The translations under genes were made by a program, and so were the position numbers. From assembly GCF_963921235.1 (NCBI RefSeq), contig NC_086097.1:1488001-1552000 (forward strand): a stretch of 64,000 bases of DNA, given 5' to 3'. The stretch comes from Mobula hypostoma (taxonomy: Eukaryota). The notes beneath the pieces are model-generated. The model was not told the DNA's origin. It did no database searches and saw only the letters and a program-made list of their open reading frames with translations. Shown piece by piece: positions 25,760 through 38,450 of this stretch (positions within the stretch are counted from its first letter, which is position 1; every line of letters begins with the position of its first letter).

Positions 25760-26140
25760 ATATATCAAATAGATTTTTAAAATGTGCAAAAACAGAAACA
25801 CTGTATATTAAAAAATAAGTGAGGTTGTGTCCAAAGCTTCAATGTCCATTTAGGAATCAGATGGCAGAGGGGAAGAAGCTGTTCCTGAATCACTGAGTGT
25901 GTGCCTTCAGGCTTCTGTATCTCCTCCCTGATGGTAACAGTGAGAAAAGGGCAGCCCTGGGTGCTGGAGGTCCTTAATAATGGACGCTGCCTTTCTGAGA
26001 CACCGCTTCCTAAAGATGTCCTGGGTACTTTGTAGGCTAGTGCCCAAGATGGAGCTGACTAGATTTACAACCTCCTGCAGCTTTTTTTGGTCCTGTGCAG
26101 TAGCTCCTCCGTACCAGACAATGATGTAGCCTGTCAGAAC
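25760..26140 (-). mobile_element. Decayed Rex1/Babar-like 3' fragment
   Basis: GGGAAGAAGCTGTTCCTGAA and CTGCAGCTTTTTTTGGTCCTG match the equivalent part of the 1290-1560 element. Confidence 0.65.
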
Positions 26141-27635
26141 ATGGACTGATTAAGAATAGTTAGCATGGCTTCGTGCTTAGTAGGTCGTGTCTAACCAATC
26201 TTTTAGAGTTTTTTGAGTAAGTTACCAAGAAAGTGGATGAGGGCAAGGCAGTGGATGCTGTCTACATGGCCTTTAGCAAAGCACTTGACAAGGTCCCGAA
26301 TTGGAGGCTGGTCAGAAAGGTTCAGTCACTTGGCATTCAAGATGAGGTGGTAAACTGGGAGAAGCCAGAGAGTGGTAGTAGAGGGTTGCATTTCTGGGTG
26401 GAGGCCTGCAAGTGGTGGTGTGCCGCAGGGATTGGTGCTGGGTCCGTTGTTGTTTGTCATCTATATTAATGATCTGGATAATGGGATGTTATGTTGAACT
26501 TGTATAAGGCATTGGTGAGACCTAATTTAGAGTATCTTGTGAAGTTTTGGTTACCTACTTACAGGAAAATTGTAAACAAGGTGGAGAAGAGTACAAAGAA
26601 AATTTACAAGAATGTTGCTGGTCTGGAGGACCTGAGTGATAAAGAGAGACTGAATAGGTTAGGACTGTATTCTTTCGAATGTTGAAGATTGAGAGGAGAT
26701 TTGATAGAAGTATAGATAGGGTTAATGCAAGCAGACTTTTTCCAGTGAGGTTTGGTGGGACTACAAATAGAGTTTATAGGTTAAAATGAAAGTTGAAAAG
26801 CTTAAGGGGAACATGAGGGGAAACCTCTTCACTTAGAGAGTCATGAGAGTGTGGAATGTGCTGCCTGCACAGGAGACTAGACAAGAAAGTGGGAAGTTAA
26901 ATACAACGTTGGAAAATGCATGGTCATGCATTTTGGTAGAAAAAAATATGCAGACTATTTTTTAAATACTAAGAAAATCTAAAAATCTGAGATGCAAAGG
27001 CACTTGGGAGTCCTTGTGCAGAGCACCCTAAAGGTTAACTTGCAGGTAGAGTAGGTGGTGAGGAAGGCAAATGCAATGTTAGGATTCATTTCAACAAGCC
27101 TAGAATACAAGAGCAGGGATATGAGGCTGAGGCTTTATAATACCTTGTGTATTCTGAACAGTTCTGGGCTCCTCATATAAGAAAAGATGTGCTGGCATTG
27201 GAGATGGTTCAGAGGAGGAATTAAAGGGTTCATACGAGGAATGTTTGATAGATCTGGGTCTGCACTCGCTGGAATTTATAAGTATAAAGGAGTATCTCAT
27301 TGAAACCTTTCGAACGTTGAAAGTCCTAGACAGAGTAGATGTGGAAAGGTGGGGGAATCTAGGACAAGGGGGCATAGCCTCAGGATAGAGGGGTGTCCAT
27401 TTAAAATAGAGATGTGGAGAAATTTCTTTAAGCAGAGGGAGGTGAATTTGTGGAATTTGTTAGCACAGGCTGCTATGGAGGTCTGGTCATTGGGTGTATT
27501 TAAGGCAGAGATTGACACATTCTTGATTGGACATGGCAACTAAGGTTTACGGGGAGACGGCCAGGGAATGGGGCTGACGAGGGCAAAGAAAGGATCAACT
27601 ATGATTGAATGGCAGAGAAGACTCGAAGGGCCAAA
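26140..27635 (+). mobile_element. Two or more decayed, deleted CR1 RT/3' fragments
   Basis: DEGKAVDAVYMAFSKALDKV, LVRPNLEY, SRTRGHSLRI. Confidence 0.75.
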
Positions 27636-27639
27636 TGGA

Positions 27640-28726
27640 CATAATATTCCAAATTAGGCCTCACCAAAGTCTTATACAATTTCAACATAACATCCCCACT
27701 CCTATACACAGTTTTATGAAGGCTAATGTGCCAAAAGCTTTTTTTACAACCCTGTGATATCACTTCCATGGAATTATGGATCTGTATTTCCAGATTCCTC
27801 TGTTCTACCACATTTCTCAGTGCCCTGAGTCCTACCATGTAAGTCCTACCCTGGCTGGCCTGCCTAAAGTGCAACACCTCACACATATCAGCATTTAAGT
27901 CCCATCTGCCATTGCCAGTTCATTTTTCCGTCTGGTGCAGATCCCACTGCAAGCTTTGATAGTCTTCCTCGCTGTCCACTACGCCCTTCTCATAATGCTC
28001 ATAATTCCTATCCCAAATAATATCCCCACATTTCTCAAAATACTCATAATTCCTCTCTCCAGTAACCCTCTCCATTAGTTTCCCTGGCACTGATGTGAGA
28101 ATGACTAGTCACCAATTTTTAGGATTATTTCTATTTCCCTTCTTGAACAAAGGAACAATATTAGATACCTTCCAGTCCTCTGGCACTGTAGCTGTGGCTG
28201 GTAAAGATGCAAAGATCATGGTTAATCTTATTTCTCGTTTCTCTCAACAACCTAGGGTTTTTCCTATAAAGCTCTGGGGACTTATCTATCTTAATATTTC
28301 TGAAGAAACCCTTCACTACTTCCTTTCTGATTTCAAAATTCCTTAGCAGCTTAGCACATTCCACTCAGATCTCAATGTCCTCTACATCCTTCTTCTCATT
28401 AAATACCAGTGCAGATTACTCATCTCATATCTCACCCATATCCTCCGCCTCGAAGCACAAGTTTCCGCCTTTTCTCCTAAAATGGTGCTATTCTCTCTCT
28501 GGTTGTCTTCTTGCTTTTAATGCATGTGTACAATGCCCTGGGATTCTCTTTAATCCTACTCACCAAGGACCTATCATGACTCCTAACTCAATGTGTATAA
28601 ATAAATGGATATCTCTCCCAAGTCATTTTTCAGTTCCCTTCTGGCTTCTTTATAGTCTTCAAGCATCCTGTTGGATTCCAGGTTTCAAAGCTTTACATCT
28701 GCTTCCTTCTTATTCTTGGCTAAATT
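27640..28726 (-). mobile_element. Old decayed CR1 ORF2 fragment
   Basis: KCEVLHF-like and LYKTLVRPNLEY (27599-27886), IKIDKSP (28161-28364). Confidence 0.65.
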
Positions 28727-29355
28727 AATTACCGGAAGTTGGAGAATTCTATGACTGGAAGTTGGAGAATTTTATGACCGGAAGTTGGAGAATTCTATGG
28801 ACCGAACAGACAGGATTTCCCAGTAGCCACCCACTTCAACTCTGCTTCCCACATCCCATTCAGATATGTCCATACATGGCCTCCTCTACTGCCATGATAA
28901 GGCTAAACTCAAGTTGGAGGAGCAACACCTGATATACTGTCTAGGTAGTCTCTAGCCCCTTGGTATGAACATAGAATTCTCCAACTTCCGGTAATTCCCT
29001 CCCCCGCCCCTTCCCCTATCCCAGTTTCACTCTGCCCCCTCCCCCAGCTGCCGACCACCTCCCTCATGGTTCCGCCTCCTTCTACTACCCATTGTGCTTT
29101 CCCCTATTCTTTCTTCATCTTTCCTGCCTATCACCTCCCTGCATCCCTTCCCCCACCCCTTTATCTCTCCCCTTACTGGTTTTTCACCTGGAACCTACCA
29201 GCCTTCTCCTTCCCACCCTCCCCCCACCTTCTTTATAGGGCCTCTGCCCCCTCCCCCCTACAGTCCTGACAAAGGGTTCGGGCCCGAAACTTTGACCGAT
29301 CTTTTCCACGGATGCTGCCCGACCTGCTGAGTTCCTCCAGCGTGTTGTGAGTGAT
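28727..29355 (+). mobile_element. Penelope 3' end (ORF end, C-rich UTR, hammerhead-like pLTR) with an inverted triplicated 5' segment
   Basis: KLEEQHLIY.LG.L.PLGMNIEFSNFR* C-terminus; CAGTCCTGACAAAGGGTTCGGGCCCGAAAC at 29261. Confidence 0.8.
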
Positions 29356-29359
29356 ACTA

Positions 29360-30130
29360 ACAAATAATGTGCATATATGATGCAAGCTAAAAAATAAACA
29401 GTATAATGCCACTGGTGCTCCATGGGTGAAGAGACCTGGGTGGTGGCAGGGAGTTCTGTAGTCTCACGGCCTGTTCCCTATCCTAATGCTATGGTCCCTC
29501 CTGCCTGATGGTAGAGTGTCAAAGAGATTGTTGGACAGACAGGGGGAATCACTTGCTAAGAATCACTTGATAATGCTCAGAATCCAGCATACACAGAGTT
29601 CCTGATAAATATTTCTAATGGGTGGAAGAAAGACCCCAATGATTCTCTCAGCAATCCTCACAATCCTTTGTAAGGACTTGAGGTCAGATCCAGTATAGCC
29701 TTCCCTTTAGCTGGACTCTCTACATACTGCTTCTAGAAACCCTCTTGAACACACCTAAAAAATTCTCCCCCATCCGAACCTTTTGCCCTAAGGATTTCCC
29801 AGTCCATGTTGGTGAGGTTGAAGTCAGCCCCAGTGATAACTTTGTTGTTTTTGTTCCTTTCCATGATCTGCTCCTGCATCCCAGTAACTATTTGGGGTCT
29901 ATAGTATAAACCCATCAGAGTGATGACACCTTTCCCATTTTGGGGTCCTCCCTGTACGGACTCAATCAATGACCTTTCGATTTCTTACCCTCCAAATGTA
30001 GCTGTGATATTGTCCTTGACTGGTAATACTTCCCGCCTCATCTCTTTGAAACCATCAAAACCCTGCAACATTAAGCAACTGTCCTGTGCCTCTCTCAGCC
30101 AGTCTCTGCAATGGCCACAACACCAGTTTA
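29360..30130 (-). mobile_element. Decayed Rex-like fragment (~29360-29690) followed by a CR1 APE fragment (~29690-30130)
   Basis: ORF 29733..29969 MGLYYRP/GADFN/CVQEGF; left part resembles 25850-26100. Confidence 0.55.
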
Positions 30131-30744
30131 GATAATTATGGGCTGCAGGTTTCATGATTCCTAATTATCTGTTTTTGCTGGTTGTTGTAGTTGGTCATTA
30201 TAAACTTGTCCAATCTAATGAATACATTAGTTGCCATCTTCCTACTAGCTGATGTAAGTGACCCTCACAATGTATATCTCAGGAGCTAATGATGCACAAA
30301 AGTATCTTTTATCTCTGCCATCAGATAACATTCATCAACCATAAGATTTTGTTATGATGTCTGGTATCTCAAATCTGTTACTACCCTTAATATAAATTGC
30401 TATTCTTTGTTCACATTATCATAAAATGAATCTGGAAAATTTTATATAAGATTGCAACAAAACACAACAGGTTATTCAGCCTAACTTATGTTGATGCTAT
30501 CTCTTCATCAATGAGGATAGAGACTATCCTCATCAAATTAGTCCTCTAGATAACCCTCTATATTATGGCTGAAATCACTCCCAATACAGTTTGGTATTAG
30601 ATTAGATTAGATTCAACTTTATTGTCATTGTGCTGAGTACAGATACAAAGCTGATGAAATGCAGTTAGCATCTGACCAGAAATGCAAAGAATAGTGTTAT
30701 TTACAAAATAACTGCGAATAAAAATTTAAGTGCTACAGCACACA

Positions 30745-30966
30745 AATATAAAGGTACTGAGACAGTACAGTTGCTAACCAAAGGATTTGACCTGGGCATT
30801 ACAAAAGGCTACAGGTTACAATATAAAAGTACTGAGACAGTACAATTGCTAACCAAAGGATTTGACCTGGGCATTACAAAAGGCTACAGGTTACAATATA
30901 AAAGTACTGAGACAGTACAATTGCTAACCAAAGGATTTGACCTGGGCATTACAAAAGGCTACAGGT
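30745..30966. repeat. 75-bp tandem repeat, 3 copies
   Basis: Units start at 30745, 30820 and 30895; LTKGFDLGITKGYR repeats three times in ORF 30771..30977. Confidence 0.93.
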
Positions 30967-31049
30967 CACTAAAATAACAAAATCCAATAAGTATAAGTAG
31001 CAGACTTGTACAGTTTTCCTCATTCTTCTCATTGGTTTAAATAATTTGG

Positions 31050-31565
31050 CAGGGAGATGGAAACCAGGGTGATAGGAGTGAGGATGGGGCACAAGTAGAT
31101 GCAGTGCATAGTGAGACTGTAAGGACAGGCAGCTGATAGGGCAAAATGGCAGTCACTGGGATGAGTTAAAGTGTAATATGGAGGCAAAATCAAAAAGGGT
31201 GATGAATACAGGACTGAAGGTGTTATATTAGAATACACACAGTTTACAAAATAAGGTAGATGATCTTGTTGTGCAATTAAAGATTGGCAGGTTTGACAAT
31301 GTGGGCTTCTTTGGGTCATGGCTGGAGGAAGATCATAGTTGGGAGCCTAACATCTAAGATAATGCATTGTGACAACAGGACAGGCAGGGAGGTAGAGAAA
31401 GTTGGTGTGGCTCTGTTGGTAAAAACTGAAATCAAATCCTTAGAAAGAGGTGACAGGATAGAGTTAAGAAATTACAAAGATTAAAAGACCCTGAGGGGAG
31501 TTATATACAGACCTCTGAACAGTAGCCAGGATATGGGATACAAAATACAATGGGAGTCAGAAAAA
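31050..31565 (+). mobile_element. Decayed CR1 APE fragment
   Basis: GVALLVKTEIKSLERGD; similar to 19830-20345. Confidence 0.65.
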
Positions 31566-33804
31566 AGATATACAATTTCAAAATGAATAACAAAAGTTTT
31601 TCCAAATATAAAACATAGAACATAGAAAACCTACAGCACAATACAGGCCCTTTGGCCCACAAAGCTGTGCCGAACATGTCCTTATCTCAGAAATTACCTA
31701 GGGTTACCCATAGCCCTCTATTTTTCTAACTCCATGTACCTATCGAGGAGACTCTTGAAAAACCCTATTGTATTTGCCTCCACCACTGCTGCCGGCAGCC
31801 CATTCCATGCACTCACCACTCTCTGTGTGAAAAAACTTACCCCTGACATTTCCTCTGTACCTACTTCCAAGCAGCTTAAAACTGGGCCCTCTCGTGTTAG
31901 CCATTTCAGCCCTGGGAAAAAGCCTCTGACTATCCACACGATCAATGCCTCTCATCATCTTATACACCTCTATCAGGTCACCTCTCATCCTCTGTCACTC
32001 CAAGGAAAAAAGGCCAAGTTCACTCAAACTATTCTCATAAGGCATGCTCCCCGATCCGGGTAACATCCTTGTAAATCTCCTCTGCACCCTTAATATGGTT
32101 TCCACATCCTTCCTGTAGTGAGGCAACCAGAACTGAGCACAGTACTCCAAGTGGGGTCTGACCATGGTCCTAGATAGCTGTAACATTACCTCTCGGCTCT
32201 TAAACTCAATTCCACGATTAATGAAGACCAATACACCATATGCACTTCCTAACCACACAGTCAACCTGCGTAACAGCACTGAGTGTCCTATGGACTCAAA
32301 CCCCAAGATCCCTCTGATCCTCCACACTGCCAAGAGTCTTACCATTAGTATTATATTCTGCCATCATATTTAACCTACCAAAATGAACCACCTCACACTT
32401 ATCTGGGTTGAACTCCATCTGCCACTTCTCAACCCAGTTTTTCATCCTATCGCTGTCCTATTGTAACCTCTGACAGCCCTCCAGACTATTGACAACACCC
32501 CCAGCCTTTCTATCATCAGCAAATTGACTAACCCATCCCTCCACTTCCTCATCCAGACCATTTATAAAATCACAAACAGTAAGGGTCCCAGAACAGATCC
32601 CTGAGGCACAACATTGGTCACCAACCTCCATGCAGAATATGACCCATCTACAAGCACTCTTTGCCTTCTGTGGGCAGGCCAATTCTAGATCCACAAAGCA
32701 ATGCCCCCTTGGATCCCAAGCCTCCTTACTTTCTCAATAAGCCTTTGATTTAAGATTTCAGATGGCTTGCTGAAATCTATATACACTACATCTACTGCTG
32801 TACCCTCATCAATGTGTTTAGTCACATCCTCAAAAAATTCAATCAGGCTTGTCAGGCACGACCTGCCTTTGACAAAGCCATGCTGATTATTCCTAATCAT
32901 ATTATGTCTCTCCAAATGTTCATAAATCCTGCCTCTCAGGATCTTTTCCATCAACTTATCAACCACTGAAGTAAGGCTCACTGGTCTATAATTTCCTGGG
33001 CTATCTCTACTCCCTTTCTTGAATAAGGGAACAACATTCGCAACCCTCCAATCCTCTGGAACCTCTGCTGTCCCCATTGATGATGCAAAGATCATTGAAA
33101 GAGGCTCAGCAATCTCCTCCCTCACCTTCCACAGTAGCCTGGAGTACATCCCATCCGGTCCCGGTGACTTATCCAACTTGATGCTTTCCAAAAGCTCCAG
33201 CACATCCCCTTTCTTAATATCTACATGCTCAAGCCTTTCAGTATGCTGCAAGTCATCCCTGCAATTGCCAAGATCCTTTCCCATAATGAATACTGAAGCA
33301 AAGTATTCATTAAGTACCTCTGCTATCTCCTCTGGTTCCATACACACTTTTCCACTGTCACATTCGATTGGTCCTATTCTCTGAAGTCTCATCATCTTGC
33401 TCTTCACATACTTGTAGAATGCCTTGGGGTTTTCCTTAATCCTGCCCACCAAGGCCCTTTCTGGCTCTCCTAATTTCAGTCTTAAGCTCCTTCCAGCCAG
33501 CCTTATAACCTTCTCGATTCCTATCATTACCTAGTTTTTTGAACCTTTTGTAAGCTTTTCTTCTTGACTAGATTTACAACTGCCTTCTTACATCACGGTT
33601 CCTGTACCCTACCATCCTTTCCCCGTCTCATTGGAATGTACCTATGCAGAACTCCACGCAAATATCCCCTGAACATTTGCCACATTTCTTCCATACCTTT
33701 CCCTGAGAACATCTGTTCCCAAATTAAGCTTCCAAGTTCCTGCCTGATAGCCTCATATTTCCCCTTACTCCAGTTAAATGCTTTCCTAACTTGTCTGTTC
33801 CAAT

Positions 33805-34676
33805 TCTTACGTAACTGGCAACAATGAATATCAATCGAGACAGGTTATATAAAAACAACCAAACATTTATTAGACACGGATAAACAATAAAAAAAACAAA
33901 TGAAAACCTTAACTGGAAGTTAACCGCTAGGCGGCCATTCAACAAATCACCACTCAGTACTGGTTCTTAAAGCGATAAATGCGAAATCAGTTCTTAAAGC
34001 GGTAAAGTCAAATACAGTTCTTAAAATGGTAAATTCGAAAGTCCAACAGATTTATACATTCATATGGGAGAGACATCTCTGGAGAAGGATTTCTTCATAG
34101 ACGCAACTTTCCAGCTGGTTCTGTCCAAAAGGATTCATGATGAAGGAAATAAACAGCTTAAAGCAACTGACCTGTCTTCTGGTGAGAAAATCCTGCGTGA
34201 ACTACCTTGCTCTTTTGGCAGGAGTTATCTTCGATGCAGGTCACTACTTCTTCAATGAAGACTCAATAAGATCGATCCTTTGTTAAACTGCCGAAAGATA
34301 CCAACTTCTCTTAATCCTTCAGGTCCTGTACTTTGATAAAGTCTTCACTCTCCAATACTACTGAAAAGGTACATCAACAAATCTGGCAGAAATGGGTAAA
34401 CTGCCAATCCAGCACTATTGTACCTTACAATAGAATGTAACACTCCGTTTTAAAAATGAAACTGCGTCATAAAACAAATATGCAATGGAACAGAGACACT
34501 GACTAATGTTCTAGCTGGAAAACTAACTGCGTGACCAGGGTCTTCCCTTTTATACCCGTGGTGAACATGTCATCACATGACCTCACATCGGTGGGAAAAT
34601 TACATCAGGTGACCTTCAAAAGACCATTACATCATTCTCACAAGAAAGCTACAAGAGCTCCTTGAGGTATGTAACA
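33805..34676 (-). repeat. 3' LTR
   Basis: Direct repeat of 43101-43973; begins TGTTAC on the minus strand after the purine tract; AATAAA at 33866-71. Confidence 0.95.
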
Positions 34677-34685
34677 CCTCCCTCC
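34677..34685 (-). promoter_or_regulatory. Polypurine tract (GGAGGGAGG)
   Basis: Purine run immediately 5' of the 3' LTR on the minus strand. Confidence 0.85.
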
Positions 34686-34926
34686 AAAAATAAAATTTCC
34701 CTCTTAAGGAACAAAATTTTAAGAATTAAGAATTTACACCAAAAAAAATACAAAGGTATAAAATTTGCAAGATACACCATGTACATGGTATTATCTTTCA
34801 GCACTTTACAAACTAATATACAGTAGGAGTGTTACGAATGTTAGAATACCACGCCCAAAAAACATTTCATTGTACATTTAACATCTAGATAGACAATCAG
34901 CGATCACATTATCTTTACCTTTAATA

Positions 34927-37900
34927 GAAACATAGAAACATAGAAAATAGGTGCAGGAGTAGGCCATTCGGCCCTTTGAGACTGCACCACCATTTATTAT
35001 GATCATGGCTGATCATCCAACTCAGAACCCCGCCCCAGCCTTCCCTCCATACCCCCTGATCCCCGTAGCCACAAGGGCCATATCTAACTCCCTCTTAAAT
35101 ATAGGCAGTGAACTGGCCTCAACTGTTTCCTGTGGCAGAGAATTCCACAGATTCACCACTCTCTGTGTGAAGAAGTTTTTCCTAATCTCGGTCCTAAAAG
35201 GCTTCCCCTTTATCCTCAAACTGTGGCCCCTTGTTCTGGACTTCCCCAACATCGGGAACAATCTTCCTGCATCTAGCCTGTCCAATCCCTTTAGGATTTT
35301 ATACGTTTCAATAAGATCCCCCCTCAATCTTCTAAATTCCAACGAGTACAAGCCCAGTTCATCCAGTCTTTCTTCATATGAAAGTCCTGCCATCCCAGGA
35401 ATCAATCTGGTGAACCTTCTTTGTACTCCCTCTATGGCAAGGATGTCTTTCCTCAGATTAGGGGACCAAAACTGCACACAATACTCCAGGTGTGGTCTCA
35501 CCAAGGCCTTGTACAACTGCAGTAGTACCTCCCTGCTCCTGTACTCGAATCCTCTCACTATAAATGCCAGCATACCATTCGCCTTTTTCACCCCCTGCTG
35601 TACCTGCATGCCCACTTTCAATGACTGGTGTATAATGACACCCAGGTCTCGTTGCACCTCCCCTTTTCCTAATCGGCCACCATTCAGATAATAATCTGTT
35701 TTCCTATTTTTGCCACCAAAGTGGATAACTTCACATTTATCCACATTAAATTGCATCTGCCATGAATTTGCCCACTCACCCACCCTATCCAAGTCACTCT
35801 GCATCCTCTTAGCATCCTCCTCACAGCTAACACTGCCACCCAACTTCGTGTCATCCGCAAGCTTGGAGATGCTGCATTTAATTCCCTCATCCAAGTCATT
35901 AATATATATTGTAAACAACTGGGATCCCAGCACTGAGCCTTGCGGTACCCCACTAGTCACCGCCTGCCATTCTGAAAAGGTCCCGTTTATTCCCACTCTT
36001 TGCTTCCTGTCTGCTAACCAATTCTCCATCCACATCAATACCTTACCCCCAATACCGTGTGCTTTAAGTTTGCACACTAATCTCCTGTGTGGGAGCTTGT
36101 CAAAAGCCTTTTGAAAATCCAAATATACCACATCCACTGGTTCTCCTCTATCCACTCTACTAGTTACATCCTCAAAAAATTCTATGAGATTCATCAGACA
36201 TGATTTTCCTTTCACAAATCCATGCTGACTTTGTCCGATGATTTCACCGCTTTCCAAATGTGCTGTTATCACATCTTTGATAACTGACTCCAGCAGTTTC
36301 CCCACCACCGACGTTAGGCTAACCGGTCTATAATTCCCCGGTTTCTCTCTCCCTCCTTTTTTAAAAAGTGGAGTTACATTAGCCACCCTCCAATCCTCTG
36401 GAACTAGTCCAGAATCTAATGAGTTTTGAGAAATTATCACTAATGCATCCACTATTTCTTGGGCTACTTCCTTAAGCACTCTAGGATGCAGACCATCTGG
36501 CCCTGGGGATTTATCTGCCTTCAATCCCTTCAATTTACCTAACACCACTTCCCTACTAACATGTATTTCGCTCAGTTCCTCCATCCCACTGGACCCTCTG
36601 TCCCCTACTATTTCTGGAAGATATTTATGTCCTCCTTAGTGAAGACAGAACCAAAGTAATTATTCAATTGGTCTGCCATGTCCTTGCTCCCCATAATCAA
36701 TTCACCTGTTTCTGTCTGCAGGGGACCTACATTTGTCTTTACCAGTCTTTTCCTTTTTACATATCTATAAAAGCTTTTACAGTCCGTTTTTATGTTCCCT
36801 GCCAGTTTTCTCTCATAATCTTTTCTCCCCTTCCTAATTAAGCCCTTTGTCCTCCTCTGCTGAACTCTGAATTTCTCCCAGTCCTCAGGTGAGCCACTTT
36901 CTCTGGCTAATTTGTATGCTTCTTCTTTGGAATTGATACTATCCCTAATTTCTCTTGTCAGCCACGGGTGCACTACCTTCCTTAATTTATTCTTTTGCCA
37001 AACTGGGATGAACAATTGTTGTAGTTCATCCATGCAACCTTTAAATGCTTGCCATTGCATATCCACCGTCAATCCTTTAAGTGTCATTTGCCAGTCTATC
37101 TTAGCTAATTCACGTCTCATACCTTCAAAGTTACCCCTCTCTAAGTTCAGAACCTTTGTTTCTGAATTAACTATGTCACTCTCCATCTTAATGAAGAATT
37201 CCACCATATTATGGTCACTCTTATCCAAGGGGCCTCTCACGACAAGATTGCTAATTAACCCTTCCTCATTGCTCAAAACCCAGTCCAGAATAGCCTGCTC
37301 TCTAGTTGGTTCCTCGACATGTTGGTTCAGAAAACCATCCCGCGTACATTCCAAGAAATCCTCTTCCTCAGCACCTTTACCAATTTGGTTCACCCAATCT
37401 ACATGTAGATTGAAGTCACCCATTATAACTGCTGTTCCTTTATTGCACACATTTCTAATTTCCTGTTTAATACCATCTCCGACCTCACTACTACTGTTAG
37501 GTGGCCTGTACACAACTCCCACCAGCGTTTTCTGCCCCTTAGTGTTACGCAGCTCTACCCATATCGATTCCACATCTTCCCGGCTTATGTCCTTCCTTTC
37601 TATTGCGTTAATCTCTTCTTTAACCAGCAACACCACCCCACCTCCCCTTCCTTCATGTCTATCCCTCCTGAATATTGAATATCCCTGAATGTTGAGCTCC
37701 CATCCTTGGTCACCCTGGAGCCATGTCTCTGTGATCCCAACTATATCATAATCATTAATAACAATCTGCACTTTCAATTCATCCACCTTATTACGAATGC
37801 TCCTTGCATTGACACACAAAGCCTTCAGGTGCTCTTTTACAACCCTCTTAGCCCTTATACAATTATGTTGAAAAGTGGCCCTTTTTAATGCTTGCCCTGG

Positions 37901-38450
37901 ATTTGTCGGCCTGCCACTTTTACTTTTCTCCTTAGTACTTTTTGCTTCTACCCTCACTTTACACTCCTCTGTCTCTCTGCACTGGTTCCCATCCCCCTGT
38001 TGTGAACTAACCTCCTCACGCCTAGCCTCTTTAATTTGATTCCCACCCCCCAACCATTCTAGTTTAAAGTCACCTCAGTAGCCCTCGCTAATCTCCCTGC
38101 CAGGATATTGGTCCCCCTAGAATTCAAGTGTAACCTGTCCTTTTTGTACAGGTCACGCCTGCGCCAAAAGAGGTCCCAATGATCCAAAAACTTGAATCCC
38201 TGCCCCCTGCTCCAATCCCTCAGCCACGCATTTATCCTCCGCCTCATTGCATTCCTACTTTCACTGTCGCGTAGCACAGTCAGTAATCCCGAGATTACAA
38301 ACTTTGCTGTCCTTTTTCTCAACTCCCTTCCTAGCTCCCTATATTCTCCTTTCAGGACCTCATCCCTTTTCCTACCTATGTCATTGGTACCTATATGTAC
38401 CACGACCTCTGGCTCCTCACCCTCCCACTTCAGGATATCTTGGACACGAG
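34927..38450 (-). mobile_element. Young CR1 (ORF1 3' half plus ORF2 with one frameshift) inserted in the Gypsy RNase H C-terminus
   Basis: ORFs 38059..38403, 36608..38053, 35022..36584; (TTTCTATG)n tail; ATA shared at both junctions; the Gypsy frame ...QEYDILITHIKGKDNVIADCLSR rejoins across it. Confidence 0.95.

Noticed and set aside
30511..30533. Perfect 10-bp hairpin ATGAGGATAG-AGA-CTATCCTCAT
   Set aside because: It is an isolated short palindrome with no supporting context and is plausible by chance
34064..34258. 64-aa ORF repeated at 43361-43555
   Set aside because: It lies antisense within both LTRs, so the repetition is explained by the LTR duplication
34999..37688. Long plus-strand ORFs (230, 134, 258 aa) and their twins at 46377-49055
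   Set aside because: They are antisense shadows of CR1 ORF2
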